A DNA stretch of 64,000 bases from contig CACZRN010000013.1 in the NCBI GenBank assembly GCA_902783625.1, forward strand, positions 979 to 64,978, read 5' to 3'. Shown here in pieces: positions 49,798-59,775 of this stretch; within the stretch, counting starts at the first letter, position 1; the number at the start of each line of letters is the position of its first letter. The stretch comes from an uncultured Prevotellaceae bacterium (GTDB lineage Bacteria; Bacteroidota; Bacteroidia; Bacteroidales; Bacteroidaceae). A program made the position numbers and the translations under genes. The notes under the pieces are model-generated. The model worked only from the letters and a program-made list of their open reading frames with translations, did not search any database and was not told where the DNA came from.

Positions 49798-51408
49798 ATG
49801 AAAAGAAATACACTTTTCAACTCTATGTTTGCCGGACTTCCGATGATGGTTATTCCTTCGATGGCTCAAACGGATTCCGACCGACCGAACATAGTGCTTA
49901 TCATGGCCGATGACATGGGATACTCCGACATCGGCTGCTTTGGTGGCGAGATTCCTACGCCAAACATCGACAGCCTGGCACAACGTGGAGTCAGGTTCAC
50001 ACAGTTCTACAACTGCGGCCGCTCATGTCCCACACGTGCAAGCCTACTCACAGGACTATACCCGCACCAGGTGGGTATTGGGGAGATGTCGGAAGACCCC
50101 GAACTGAAAGATGGGAAAGACGTTGAGAACCAAGGCGAGCATGGCTATATGGGGTACTTGAACCGCAACTGTGTTACACTTGCCGAAGTATTGAAGGAAG
50201 CAGGCTATCACACATACATGACAGGCAAATGGCATGTGGGTATGCATGGTCGTGAGAAATGGCCCTTACAACGTGGATTCGAACACTTCTACGGAATACT
50301 GGCTGGCGCGACAAACTATCTGAGGCCTCACGGCGGACGAGGACTGACAATCGACAACACGAAACTGCCACCACCGCAAGCGCCATACTATACTACAGAT
50401 GCTTTCACTGACCATGCAATAAAATTCATCGATGAGCAAAAGGATGATAAACCTTTCTTCCTTTACCTCGCATTCAATGCTCCCCACTGGCCCCTACAGG
50501 CTAAGGATAAGGATATCGAAATGATGGCAGGGCGCTACAACAAAGGATGGCAAGAGGTGCGCGAGGCACGGAGAAAACGCATGGTGGAAATGGGACTCAT
50601 ACGCGACGAGTGGGGACTCTCAGAATGGGAATCGCGCACATGGGACCAACTGACTGAGCAAGAGCAAGAAAACTCAGCACTGCGGATGTCGGTATATGCT
50701 GCACAGGTGTATTCCATGGATGAGAATATCGGAAAGCTGATAAACTATCTGCGAGCAAAAGGACAACTCGACAATACTCTCATCATATTTCTCTCCGACA
50801 ACGGCGCATGTGCAGAGCCGTATTCAGAAACAGGATTCGGAACGATTCAAGACATAAATAACCTGCAACACTGGGTGCAGCCATCCTACGGAAAGCCTTG
50901 GGCAGAGGTAAGCAACACACCATATAGAAAATATAAGGTACGCGCATACGAGGGAGGCATAGCAACACCATTCATCATTTCGTGGCCCAGAAATATGAGC
51001 AGGTACAATGGGGAGATGCGCAGCAATGTAGGATATATTCAGGACATCATGGCTACCTTCGTGGATGTGGCAGAGGCAGAGTATCCGAAAACCTACCACA
51101 ACGGAAACACGATCTTCCCCATGGAGGGCACAAGCCTGATGCCGGCAATAGAAAATAAGAAAAAAGTCCTCCACGAATACATCTTCGGCGAGCACTATGA
51201 CAACCGCTACGTGAGATGGAAAAACTGGAAAGCTGTGAAGGATGAAAAGTCTAAAGAGTGGGAACTCTACGACATTGACAACGACCGCACAGAGAGAAAC
51301 GACCTTTCTGCAAAACACCCGAAGATACTAAAGCAGCTTACCGAGAAATGGGATGAATGGGCAAATAGCCATTTCATCTATCCAAAGGGCAAAGAAGGGC
51401 ATAAATAG
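49798..51408 (+). CDS. Secreted arylsulfatase (S1 family, Ser-type)
   Basis: PNIVLIMADD.G, SCPTRASLLTG (SxPxR), GKWH, SDNG. Confidence 0.92.
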   Translation: MKRNTLFNSMFAGLPMMVIPSMAQTDSDRPNIVLIMADDMGYSDIGCFGGEIPTPNIDSLAQRGVRFTQFYNCGRSCPTRASLLTGLYPHQVGIGEMSEDPELKDGKDVENQGEHGYMGYLNRNCVTLAEVLKEAGYHTYMTGKWHVGMHGREKWPLQRGFEHFYGILAGATNYLRPHGGRGLTIDNTKLPPPQAPYYTTDAFTDHAIKFIDEQKDDKPFFLYLAFNAPHWPLQAKDKDIEMMAGRYNKGWQEVREARRKRMVEMGLIRDEWGLSEWESRTWDQLTEQEQENSALRMSVYAAQVYSMDENIGKLINYLRAKGQLDNTLIIFLSDNGACAEPYSETGFGTIQDINNLQHWVQPSYGKPWAEVSNTPYRKYKVRAYEGGIATPFIISWPRNMSRYNGEMRSNVGYIQDIMATFVDVAEAEYPKTYHNGNTIFPMEGTSLMPAIENKKKVLHEYIFGEHYDNRYVRWKNWKAVKDEKSKEWELYDIDNDRTERNDLSAKHPKILKQLTEKWDEWANSHFIYPKGKEGHK

Positions 51409-51510
51409 ACTGTTTCATAATCTCAACAATCAGGACATACCGACCATTGCATGTCTGATTATAAAAAAGTACGAAAGAAAAGATAATCCCCGTGTGCAGA
51501 TAGATACAAA

Positions 51511-51545
51511 AAAACGACAGCGAACAATCTTGTCCGCTGTCGTTT
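51511..51545. terminator. Hairpin terminator at the tRNA-Val 3' end
   Basis: aaacgacagcg...cgctgtcgttt. Confidence 0.65.
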
Positions 51546-51546
51546 G

Positions 51547-51621
51547 TGGGCGTTGACGGAGTCGAACCGCCGACCCTCTGCTTGTAAGGCAGATGCTCTA
51601 AACCAACTGAGCTAAACGCCC
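51547..51621 (-). tRNA. tRNA-Val (TAC)
   Basis: GGGCGTT acceptor stem, TCTGC-CTTACAA-GCAGA anticodon arm, GGTTCGACTCC T-arm. Confidence 0.97.
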
Positions 51622-51900
51622 TTTCTTCCGAAAAGCGGTGCAAAGTTAAGGCATTTTCCGCTATCTACCAAATTTTAGGGTGTATTTTTTCAAAAAAATC
51701 TCCTTTTCATCTAAATAATTCAACAAAAACGGCATTGAGATTATGTGCCAATGACACTGTTGCCGCATTCTACAGAATATGTATAAAGGCACATATTAAG
51801 ACTTTAGAGCTTTTACCAACTGCTATATTTTAAACTATGCGACACCTTTTTTCAATCTCAAATTAGTGTGTTATGATACCTACCTGTCTCGTCTCTTGAA

Positions 51901-51983
51901 AATTTTGCTAGCAAAATTTTGATTAAAAGGGCTTTTTAATGACATTAGATGGGCTCTTTGTCGATAATTTTGCTAGCAAATTT
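51901..51983. repeat. Phased-dyad intergenic element copy 4 (cap-2 units-cap)
   Basis: Caps centred at 51909.5 and 51974.5. Confidence 0.9.
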
Positions 51984-52092
51984 ATCTGTTCGGAAAAATT
52001 AAGAAAAAATATATCGGGCAACATAATGTGTTTGTAATTATTTCTGTAATTTTACACCTGAATTAAATAACCGCAAGCAAAATACGAAGAAA

Positions 52093-52656
52093 ATGAGACA
52101 CGGAACACTCTTTTTGAAAGCTGCCTTCATCATGCTCGCAGGCATAATGATTTCGTGCGGCGACAAACAAGCGAAGCAAACCGACACACCTGATGTGAAA
52201 AAAGCCGAACCAACCATGCTGGACAGGGAGTCGATAACCAACATCGTGACAGAAATCTACGCTATCGTGGGAGGTGAAATTGAAGTAAAAATGGACATTA
52301 ATGAGACTTTCTGCTCGAAAGAATGGAACAAGCTAGTCAGCGAAGTGAACAAAAACGACGAACAGAAGCACAACGGCGAAGTGGGATTCTTCGACTGCGA
52401 CTACTGGCTGCAGGCTCAGGACTATGGTAATGTGTCAATCTCTGACATAGACGTCGACTTCGCTTCAGCCGACAATGCAACGGTGAACTTCGTACTGCAC
52501 AACCTCGGAACGGAGACTCCAATGCAACTGGCGTTCATCAACGAAAACGGGAAATGGGTGGTTGACAACATCATTAAAAAAGGAGAAAATGCCGTCAACA
52601 TGAAACAAGAAATGAAGGTGTATCTCAGTGAAGAACAGAAAATGGATAAACAATAA
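52093..52656 (+). CDS. Lipoprotein, DUF3828/NTF2-like
   Basis: Lipobox MISC; FFDCDYWLQAQD and ENGKWVVDN motifs. Confidence 0.55.
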   Translation: MRHGTLFLKAAFIMLAGIMISCGDKQAKQTDTPDVKKAEPTMLDRESITNIVTEIYAIVGGEIEVKMDINETFCSKEWNKLVSEVNKNDEQKHNGEVGFFDCDYWLQAQDYGNVSISDIDVDFASADNATVNFVLHNLGTETPMQLAFINENGKWVVDNIIKKGENAVNMKQEMKVYLSEEQKMDKQ

Positions 52657-52668
52657 ATATACAAAGCT

Positions 52669-53484
52669 ATGAAAATTACAAAAACACTTATGCATACAGC
52701 CATAGCAGTGATCTGCTGGGCGACACTGATGGCATGCAACGGCAATGGCATCAAGCCACTCAACGGCACTCTGGAGCAGCCGATGAGCGACACAAACGCA
52801 CCAGAAACGGTAGTGAAGACGATGGAGAACGCCGTCATCGACAGTCGATATGAAAACATAATGACCGACGAAGACAACAAGGTGAGCGTGTGGAGCCTGA
52901 TGAAAATCGACGACAACAACTCGTCGGAAGGCTATGGCATCATCGTGGTGAAAGACGGCATTGCAACTGCATTTCCGAATATACGCCACGGTAACAACCC
53001 ATCTGCACACTACAACACCGCGACAAAGCAGATGCTGATAACGGGAGCGGCAATGGAAGGGACGGGAGTGTTGGTTGAACAACCATACATACTTGTGTTT
53101 GGCGACGACGGTCATGCAACCATCGAGGCAACCATCGATCCCTACGACATGCAGCAGGAAGCACTAAGTCACGCAGGATATAAAGTGGAAGGCGAGCAGA
53201 TAACACTCTACAACGACAAGCAACCCATCTATACCGCCACCAACACCATCACCGACATGGGTGGTTTCGACGACCAGGCTGTGTGGATAGGCGAGCAGAT
53301 AGCCTACGACATCAGCGGCGATGACATCGTGGTGCAGATTACTCCAGGTGTGAATTATGTGGTTGGAAAGGTGTTGCTCTACGACGACATGCCCACCATA
53401 ACGGCCCTGGTAAACATCGATGAAAACGGAAAGCCGACTCTCAACGATGTGGAGATAGCAAAGGAAAGTGACCTCGACGAATAG
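52669..53484 (+). CDS. Hypothetical acidic lipoprotein
   Basis: Lipobox LMAC; 271-aa ORF 12 nt after the previous gene. Confidence 0.6.
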   Translation: MKITKTLMHTAIAVICWATLMACNGNGIKPLNGTLEQPMSDTNAPETVVKTMENAVIDSRYENIMTDEDNKVSVWSLMKIDDNNSSEGYGIIVVKDGIATAFPNIRHGNNPSAHYNTATKQMLITGAAMEGTGVLVEQPYILVFGDDGHATIEATIDPYDMQQEALSHAGYKVEGEQITLYNDKQPIYTATNTITDMGGFDDQAVWIGEQIAYDISGDDIVVQITPGVNYVVGKVLLYDDMPTITALVNIDENGKPTLNDVEIAKESDLDE

Positions 53485-53593
53485 TACTTCAACTGCATAA
53501 ATAATCAAAATTATATCATATAAGGCACAAATATCTGAAAGTTTTAGTAAATTTGCAACGCTTTAGGAAAAATAGGAACAAAACAAAACGAGA

Positions 53594-54580
53594 ATGGAAA
53601 AAGTAGTTAGCGGAATCAGGCCAACCGGATTCCTGCATCTGGGAAATTATTTCGGAGCAGTGAAAAGCTTCGTGGAAATGCAAGATAAATACGACAGTAT
53701 GTTCTTCATCGCCGACTGGCACAGCCTTACCACACGGCCGAAACCCGAAGATATACAGAACAGCGCACGCATTATCCTGGCTGAATATCTTGCATGCGGC
53801 ATTGACCCCGAAAAGGCTCCCATATACATACAGAGCGATGTGAAGGAAACACTCGAACTGTATCTATACCTGAACATGAACACCTATATCGGTGAGCTCG
53901 GACGTGTGACCACGTTCAAGGAGAAAGCCCGTCAGCAACCCGACAATGTGAATGCCGGATTGTTCACCTACCCCACCCTCATGGCGGCAGACATACTGCA
54001 GCATAGAGCGCTGAAAGTGCCTGTGGGAAAGGATCAGGAGCAGAACATGGAGATGGCACGCAAATGTGCACGGCGGTTCAATAACATCTATGGCGTGGAG
54101 TTCTTCCCAGAGCCGCAGAACTTCTACTTCAACGCAACTGCGCTGAAAGTGCCTGGACTCGATGGCAGCGGAAAGATGGGAAAGAGTGAGGGCAACTGCA
54201 TATACCTGCATGACGATGACAAAACCATCACAAAGAAAGTGATGAAAGCCGTCACCGACAACGGTCCGCAGGCAATGAACAGCGAGAAACCTGAGGTGAT
54301 ACAGAATCTGTTCACATTCCTCAACATCTGCTCAACACCAGATACTTACGAGTATTTCGATAAGAAATGGAACGACTGCACACTGCGGTACGGTGACCTG
54401 AAGAAACAGATTGCCGCTGATATTTGCAAGACCGTTGCTCCTATCCGCGAGAAGATAATCGAATACTCGTCCGACACAGCATTGTTAGACAAGATTGCAC
54501 GCAACGGTGCTGAGCGAGCAAGGGCTAGTGCATCGGAGACGCTGCGCGAAGTCAGGAAGATCATTGGATTCAGAATTTAA
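53594..54580 (+). CDS. trpS: Tryptophan--tRNA ligase
   Basis: SGIRPTG.LHLGNY, VPVG.DQ, KMGKS. Confidence 0.97.
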   Translation: MEKVVSGIRPTGFLHLGNYFGAVKSFVEMQDKYDSMFFIADWHSLTTRPKPEDIQNSARIILAEYLACGIDPEKAPIYIQSDVKETLELYLYLNMNTYIGELGRVTTFKEKARQQPDNVNAGLFTYPTLMAADILQHRALKVPVGKDQEQNMEMARKCARRFNNIYGVEFFPEPQNFYFNATALKVPGLDGSGKMGKSEGNCIYLHDDDKTITKKVMKAVTDNGPQAMNSEKPEVIQNLFTFLNICSTPDTYEYFDKKWNDCTLRYGDLKKQIAADICKTVAPIREKIIEYSSDTALLDKIARNGAERARASASETLREVRKIIGFRI

Positions 54581-54629
54581 GATTCCAAGACATTTCAGGC
54601 ACAGACACATCTTTATCAACATAACTCAA

Positions 54630-54670
54630 AATCCCTCTCTATGACTCAATGCCACAGGGAGGGATTCTTT
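54630..54670 (+). terminator. Terminator after trpS
   Basis: aatccctc...gagggatt followed by T-rich run. Confidence 0.6.
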
Positions 54671-54735
54671 ATTCATTTAGCTTTTCACTTACTCGCCTTA
54701 TTAATCTGCAAGCGTCAACCAACCTCTTATTCCGG

Positions 54736-54823
54736 ACATAAGAGGCTCTTATATCACACATAAAAGCCTCTTAAGTCGCACATAAGGGCCTCTTTTATCG
54801 CGCATAAGAGCCTCTTATGTAAC
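54736..54823. repeat. Uncapped 22-bp tandem array x4 (phased-dyad family variant)
   Basis: acataagaggctcttatatcac / acataaaagcctcttaagtcgc / acataagggcctcttttatcgc / gcataagagcctcttatgtaac. Confidence 0.85.
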
Positions 54824-54887
54824 AATCAGAGATTTCCATGTCTCCGATAAAAGAGGCCTCAAACATGTTTCTTCAGCGTTTAGAAAC

Positions 54888-54918
54888 AAAAAAAAGCGCC
54901 TCCCAAAGGAAGCGCTTT
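54888..54918 (-). terminator. Terminator after ompA
   Basis: aaagcgcttcc-ttt-gggaggcgc followed by T8 on minus strand. Confidence 0.75.
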
Positions 54919-54941
54919 AGATTTATTATCCAGTAGTTAAA

Positions 54942-56099
54942 TTACTTAACCTGAACAGTAGCGCGACGGTTGAAGCTGATTGGCGACAGATCGTTCACAC
55001 CACCCTTAGCGGCTGTTTCAATCTTATCACGGCTTACACCCATCTTAACGAGCTCGTTAGCAACGGTCTCTGCGCGCTTCTCAGACAGCCACTGGTTGTG
55101 TGGAGCCTTACCTGTTGCGCTGTCAGCATAACCTGTTACGAGGAGGTTAGCACCATTGTCCTTAGCGTACTTAGCAATACCCTGAACATTTACGAGATCC
55201 TTCTGAGAAGCGATGTTGTACTTGTCGAGGTTGAAGAATACGTTAACTGGAGTACCAACGAATTCCTTAACAGTCTTTGTCTCAGCCTTTGGAGCTGGCT
55301 TCTGCTCAGCAAGGAGCTTCTTCAGACGAGCGTTCTCTGCATTAGCATCGTTGAGCTGTGCGTTGAGAGCGTCGAGCTGTGACTGGTGGAGAGCTTTGAG
55401 AGCGTCAACATCGGGCACCTTGTTCCAAGTAGCCTTACCAAGGTTGAAGGTCAGACCAAGTTCGCCATAGAACATGTTGTCGTGAGAATCCCAACCACGG
55501 TTTCCAAGAGAAGACAGGTCGTAACCGTCAACGTCACCCTCTGCGCGGATGTAGCCAACCTCAAGGTTGAGGAGGATGTGCTTGCTCAGACGGAATGTGT
55601 TGAGGATACCTGCGCTGAGGTCCATACCATAGAGGTTAGTGGTCATTGTACGACCGAAGCCTGCACCTGCGAATGGAATGAAGTTCCAAACGCGTGTTGG
55701 GTTGTAACCGCAAAGCATGTTGCTTACGTTGAACAACACGTGCTCGTTGAGGAACCAGAAGTCGTTGTCGTTGTCAACAACCTTTGTGCGAGGATTGTAA
55801 ACCTGCTTACCCCAGATACCCTGCAGCTTTGTGCGGAGTCCGATACCTGGTGTAAACCACTTACCAAGAGCTACAGAAGCACCTACGTGAGAACGGAATC
55901 CCTTGAATGGGCTTCTCTCGAGGCCTTGACCATGCTCCTGACCTGAATAGAATGCATTCCAATCTGCGCCAACCTGGATGAACCAGTTGCTCCAGAATGA
56001 ATTAGTTGCTACGCTGTACTTCTGTACAGGGTCTGCGTCCTGTGCGAAAGATGTCATTGTAACACCTGCGAACGCCAAGATAATAAATAATTTTTTCAT
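54942..56099 (-). CDS. OmpA family outer-membrane protein
   Basis: VATNSFWSNWF, GKWFTPGIGLR barrel; GYAD..TG, N..LS.KRA, NRR peptidoglycan-binding domain. Confidence 0.92.
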   Translation of the reverse strand: MKKLFIILAFAGVTMTSFAQDADPVQKYSVATNSFWSNWFIQVGADWNAFYSGQEHGQGLERSPFKGFRSHVGASVALGKWFTPGIGLRTKLQGIWGKQVYNPRTKVVDNDNDFWFLNEHVLFNVSNMLCGYNPTRVWNFIPFAGAGFGRTMTTNLYGMDLSAGILNTFRLSKHILLNLEVGYIRAEGDVDGYDLSSLGNRGWDSHDNMFYGELGLTFNLGKATWNKVPDVDALKALHQSQLDALNAQLNDANAENARLKKLLAEQKPAPKAETKTVKEFVGTPVNVFFNLDKYNIASQKDLVNVQGIAKYAKDNGANLLVTGYADSATGKAPHNQWLSEKRAETVANELVKMGVSRDKIETAAKGGVNDLSPISFNRRATVQVK

Positions 56100-56267
56100 A
56101 ACCTTTTATTATTTAACAATCAAAAATAAATATCGTTAGTTTCAATCCATATTTGTGCGCAAAGTTAGTAATTATTTTCAAATAACAACACTTTTTTTTT
56201 GTTTTTTGCGTGTTTTTTTAAAGAAAAATTGACAAAAATCGGGTTTTTACCCCTATTTTTAGATTTT

Positions 56268-58061
56268 TTAACTTAAAATACGTTCGATTTCCTGTTGAGC
56301 GAGTATAGAGATTACTTTCTTGCCGTCGGGTGTGTAGTTTGGATTACTACATGCGAAAAGCCCGTTGACAAGGTCTTCTATTTCGGCATTGTTGAGTACT
56401 TGGCCATAGGGAATGGCTGCATCGCGAGCCAAGCCCATGGCAAGCGAGGTGTTTATCTCGTCTGCGGAGAACGAGCCTTGCTCGTCAGCGGTGGCAATGA
56501 TATCTTCAACAAGTTTGACGGCATTCATACCCTCTACTCCCGCCGGGATGGAATTTATCGCATAATCGCCATGACCGAGATCGGTGAATTCAAAGCCAAG
56601 CCCCCGCATCCCTTCGTCAATATGCGACAATGTGTTTATTCCCGACGCAGAGAGATGTACAATATCAGGGAACAGAAGTTTCTGCTTGTTGCCCGTCTTG
56701 GTTTCTATCTGGCGTTTGTATTGTTCAAAGAGTACGCGCATGTGTGCTCTATGCTGATCTATAATCATCAGGCCGGACTTAACAGCGGTCATAATATACA
56801 TGCCTTTATACTGGTAATGAGCAGGTGCCCGCTCTGAATAGAGATCATCAGCTTGCGAATCGAAGATAGCCTCTTCGTTTTGTTTGGCTGGTGTCAAACC
56901 AGCATAAAGATCCTCCCAGTTGGCAGGTGCATGCTCGGCATGATTATTCTGATTGCCAAAAGGATTGAACTGCGGATTAACCTTAACCTGAGGCTGTACG
57001 GGTTGTTTGCTCGGATCATAAACAGGTATGTCAATGTCATCGCCGGGAGAAAAATCGAGTTTAGGCACTTCAGAGAAAAGGCCAACGGATTCTTTCACTG
57101 CCGCAAGCAGTATCTGCCATATCTCTTGTTCGTTCTCGAACTTAATCTCTGTCTTCGTTGGGTGAATGTTAACATCTATACCCTCGGTAGGCACATCGAA
57201 ATAGATGAAATATGGCACCTGCTCACCAACGGGTACCAACCGGTCGTAAGCATTCTGAACAGCCTTATGGAAATAAGGATGCTTCATGTAGCGATTGTTG
57301 ACAAAGAAGTATTGCTGTGCGCCTTTCTTTCGCGATGAGGTCGGTTTCCCTACAAAACCGGTAATCTTAGCCAACACAGTGTCAACCTCGAGCGGAAGCA
57401 ACTCTTGGTTCAAGCGTTTCCCAAACACATCGATTATTCTCTGACGAATCCCCACTGCCTTAAGATTGAAAATCTCGGCATCGTTGTTACGTAGGGTAAA
57501 GGAGATATTAGGATATACGAGCACTATGCGCTCGAAAGCAGTTATTATATTGTTAAGTTCCGTGGAATTCGATTTGAGAAATCTCCTACGCGCGGGAACA
57601 TTATAGAATATATTATTAACAACAAAGTTGCTGCCTACTGGACAAGAACACGGTTCCTGTCCCTCAAACTGCGAACCATTTATGCTCAGCGACGTTCCCA
57701 ACTCCTCGCCTTCCTGTCGGGTGCGCAACTCTACCTGCGCCACAGCTGCTATTGAAGCCAATGCCTCACCACGGAATCCCATCGTATGGAGTGAGAACAA
57801 ATCGTCGGCCTTGCGAATTTTTGATGTCGCATGGCGTTCGAACGACAGTCGTGCATCAGTCGCCGACATACCGCAACCATTGTCCACGACCTGAATACGA
57901 GTCTTTCCAGAGTCGAGGACTATAACATCAATCTTTGTGGCACCGGCATCGATGGCGTTCTCCACAAGTTCCTTAATCACACTTGCGGGACGCTGTATCA
58001 CCTCGCCGGCGGCAATTTGATTGGCTACAGAATCGGGTAATAATTGTATAATGTCACTCAT
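56268..58061 (-). CDS. mutL: DNA mismatch repair endonuclease MutL
   Basis: [41 protein letters not shown]. Confidence 0.97.
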   Translation of the reverse strand: MSDIIQLLPDSVANQIAAGEVIQRPASVIKELVENAIDAGATKIDVIVLDSGKTRIQVVDNGCGMSATDARLSFERHATSKIRKADDLFSLHTMGFRGEALASIAAVAQVELRTRQEGEELGTSLSINGSQFEGQEPCSCPVGSNFVVNNIFYNVPARRRFLKSNSTELNNIITAFERIVLVYPNISFTLRNNDAEIFNLKAVGIRQRIIDVFGKRLNQELLPLEVDTVLAKITGFVGKPTSSRKKGAQQYFFVNNRYMKHPYFHKAVQNAYDRLVPVGEQVPYFIYFDVPTEGIDVNIHPTKTEIKFENEQEIWQILLAAVKESVGLFSEVPKLDFSPGDDIDIPVYDPSKQPVQPQVKVNPQFNPFGNQNNHAEHAPANWEDLYAGLTPAKQNEEAIFDSQADDLYSERAPAHYQYKGMYIMTAVKSGLMIIDQHRAHMRVLFEQYKRQIETKTGNKQKLLFPDIVHLSASGINTLSHIDEGMRGLGFEFTDLGHGDYAINSIPAGVEGMNAVKLVEDIIATADEQGSFSADEINTSLAMGLARDAAIPYGQVLNNAEIEDLVNGLFACSNPNYTPDGKKVISILAQQEIERILS

Positions 58062-58110
58062 TTTTTATACTTATAATATCAAAAGACTACAACGGTGCGA
58101 GGTTGAGTCG

Positions 58111-59775
58111 TCAGTCATCCAACCTCTGCAACGGCGCTGCTGTGCGCTCAATCTTCTTCAGCTTTTCATCTTCTTTCTTCCCTCTCCACACAAACACATC
58201 GTTCTTGTCGGTAGGTCGCAGTTCCTCAAACCATGCAAATTCGCGAAGGTAATACTGCTCGGGAGGTATTTGTGTCATCGGATAAAGCACCCCTTCGGGA
58301 TTTGGCTTCATCACCACTTTCTGCATCTTACGCTCCTCGCTGATATAGATGAGCATCGTGTCGGTCTGACCATTAGCAAGCCCGACATAGCTACTGTCTT
58401 TCTCATCGACCGGATAGAAGATTATCCTCACATTTCCGATAGACAAAGCCCTGCGTACCTTCCCGTCAATAAAGAAAGCCTGCATCTCACGCGAAGCCAC
58501 CTGGTTATACTGATTCTCGCCTTCTATCTTCTCTATCGACAGTGCCTGCCCTATCACGTAGGCCTCCCGCACAGTGCTGTCGTTCATATATACTTTTATT
58601 TTCTCACCCAACAACTGCCGGTTGTCACTCCAAACAATAGGATCGCGATACATGGTCAGACAGGAATCAACACTGGTAAACACCAACGAATCGCACACCG
58701 CCTGCACATCGCTACGATATACTTTCACCTTAGAATAGGCATGCACCTCGCGGCGAACAGAATCCGTTTCGATGTTGTAGGTTACAATCTTCATCGTATC
58801 GGAATGCAGATAGAGGGTATCGCCCTGCGAATAGTCGCGCAAGAGAGCCCTGCCCGTGGCATATCCGAATCCTGTCTTCTCGTTGTATTCGGCATAGTCA
58901 CATGTCAGGGCGTTTTTATTTTCCTCATCTGTATAAACAACATTACCGCTTGCCATATTCTCGCCAGTGGTATTGTTATGCAACAAAGTATCGCCCACTA
59001 TCGTCTTTTTACCATCTACAATGGTCGACCTTCCAAACAGTCGGGCCAAGTCGGAGTCTGATTCCAGCCACGCGTCAGTGGTATTCACGATTGTTGTGTC
59101 GCTAGTAATGACCGTCGGGCCCACTGCATGAGCCAATGATTCGCGAGTGAAATAATGAAGCGTGTCGGTTGTCACCGTATTCTTTCCGCTACGTAGTTTC
59201 ACATTATAATAGAATACTGCCTCGCGTGTCGATGTATTGTATTGTCCCCAGTCGGCAACAAGTTTGTCATTCTTATCGGTCAGCGTTCCTCCTTCGAAGA
59301 AATATGCATTTCCGTACAATCGGTCGAAGTCGAGACTATCGGTATTCAGCACCCTTCCCTTATGAGTCAGCACCACATGGTTTCGTGCTCGCATCATCTG
59401 TTCTTCACCGTCGTAGTCTGCCCTGTCGCTACGCAACGACAATGTGTCACCTTGTGTAAAATGCACATGTCCATAGGCTTTAACGGAGTTTATTGCCTGA
59501 TAGAAATATGCGCTGTCGCAAGTCAGCCGCGCTCCTTTATGACTGAATGCCACGTGGCCTCTCACTATCTGCGCGTCGGGGTTGTTGCCATATTGGTCAT
59601 ACAGAAGCTCATCGGAATGCAGAAGATACACCCTTTCGTCATCACTTGCTGCCCTGCCCTTACGCTGTTGAGCATTAGCACCAAGAGTTGAGCAGAGTAC
59701 AAACAGGCATAGAACAATGCCATACGCTGCTCCATGCCTGCCTATCTTTCTGTATTTACCAATGTCAGCTGTCAT
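58111..59775 (-). CDS. OstA/LptA-like domain protein
   Basis: G.V.F.H.G..L.CDSAY and repeated DSL/DTL beta-jellyroll segments; between surA and mutL. Confidence 0.78.
   Translation of the reverse strand: MTADIGKYRKIGRHGAAYGIVLCLFVLCSTLGANAQQRKGRAASDDERVYLLHSDELLYDQYGNNPDAQIVRGHVAFSHKGARLTCDSAYFYQAINSVKAYGHVHFTQGDTLSLRSDRADYDGEEQMMRARNHVVLTHKGRVLNTDSLDFDRLYGNAYFFEGGTLTDKNDKLVADWGQYNTSTREAVFYYNVKLRSGKNTVTTDTLHYFTRESLAHAVGPTVITSDTTIVNTTDAWLESDSDLARLFGRSTIVDGKKTIVGDTLLHNNTTGENMASGNVVYTDEENKNALTCDYAEYNEKTGFGYATGRALLRDYSQGDTLYLHSDTMKIVTYNIETDSVRREVHAYSKVKVYRSDVQAVCDSLVFTSVDSCLTMYRDPIVWSDNRQLLGEKIKVYMNDSTVREAYVIGQALSIEKIEGENQYNQVASREMQAFFIDGKVRRALSIGNVRIIFYPVDEKDSSYVGLANGQTDTMLIYISEERKMQKVVMKPNPEGVLYPMTQIPPEQYYLREFAWFEELRPTDKNDVFVWRGKKEDEKLKKIERTAAPLQRLDD

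Noticed and set aside
51547-53484. tRNA-anchored genomic island
   Set aside because: The accessory genes lie on the tRNA 5' side; no integrase or duplicated tRNA 3' end seen at any of the three tRNAs
54736-54823. 22-bp repeats as plasmid iterons or an origin
   Set aside because: No rep gene or DnaA boxes seen; units are dyads dispersed at six chromosomal sites among housekeeping genes
58021-59061. 346-aa plus-strand ORF
   Set aside because: Antisense shadow of the OstA-like gene; no recognisable motifs
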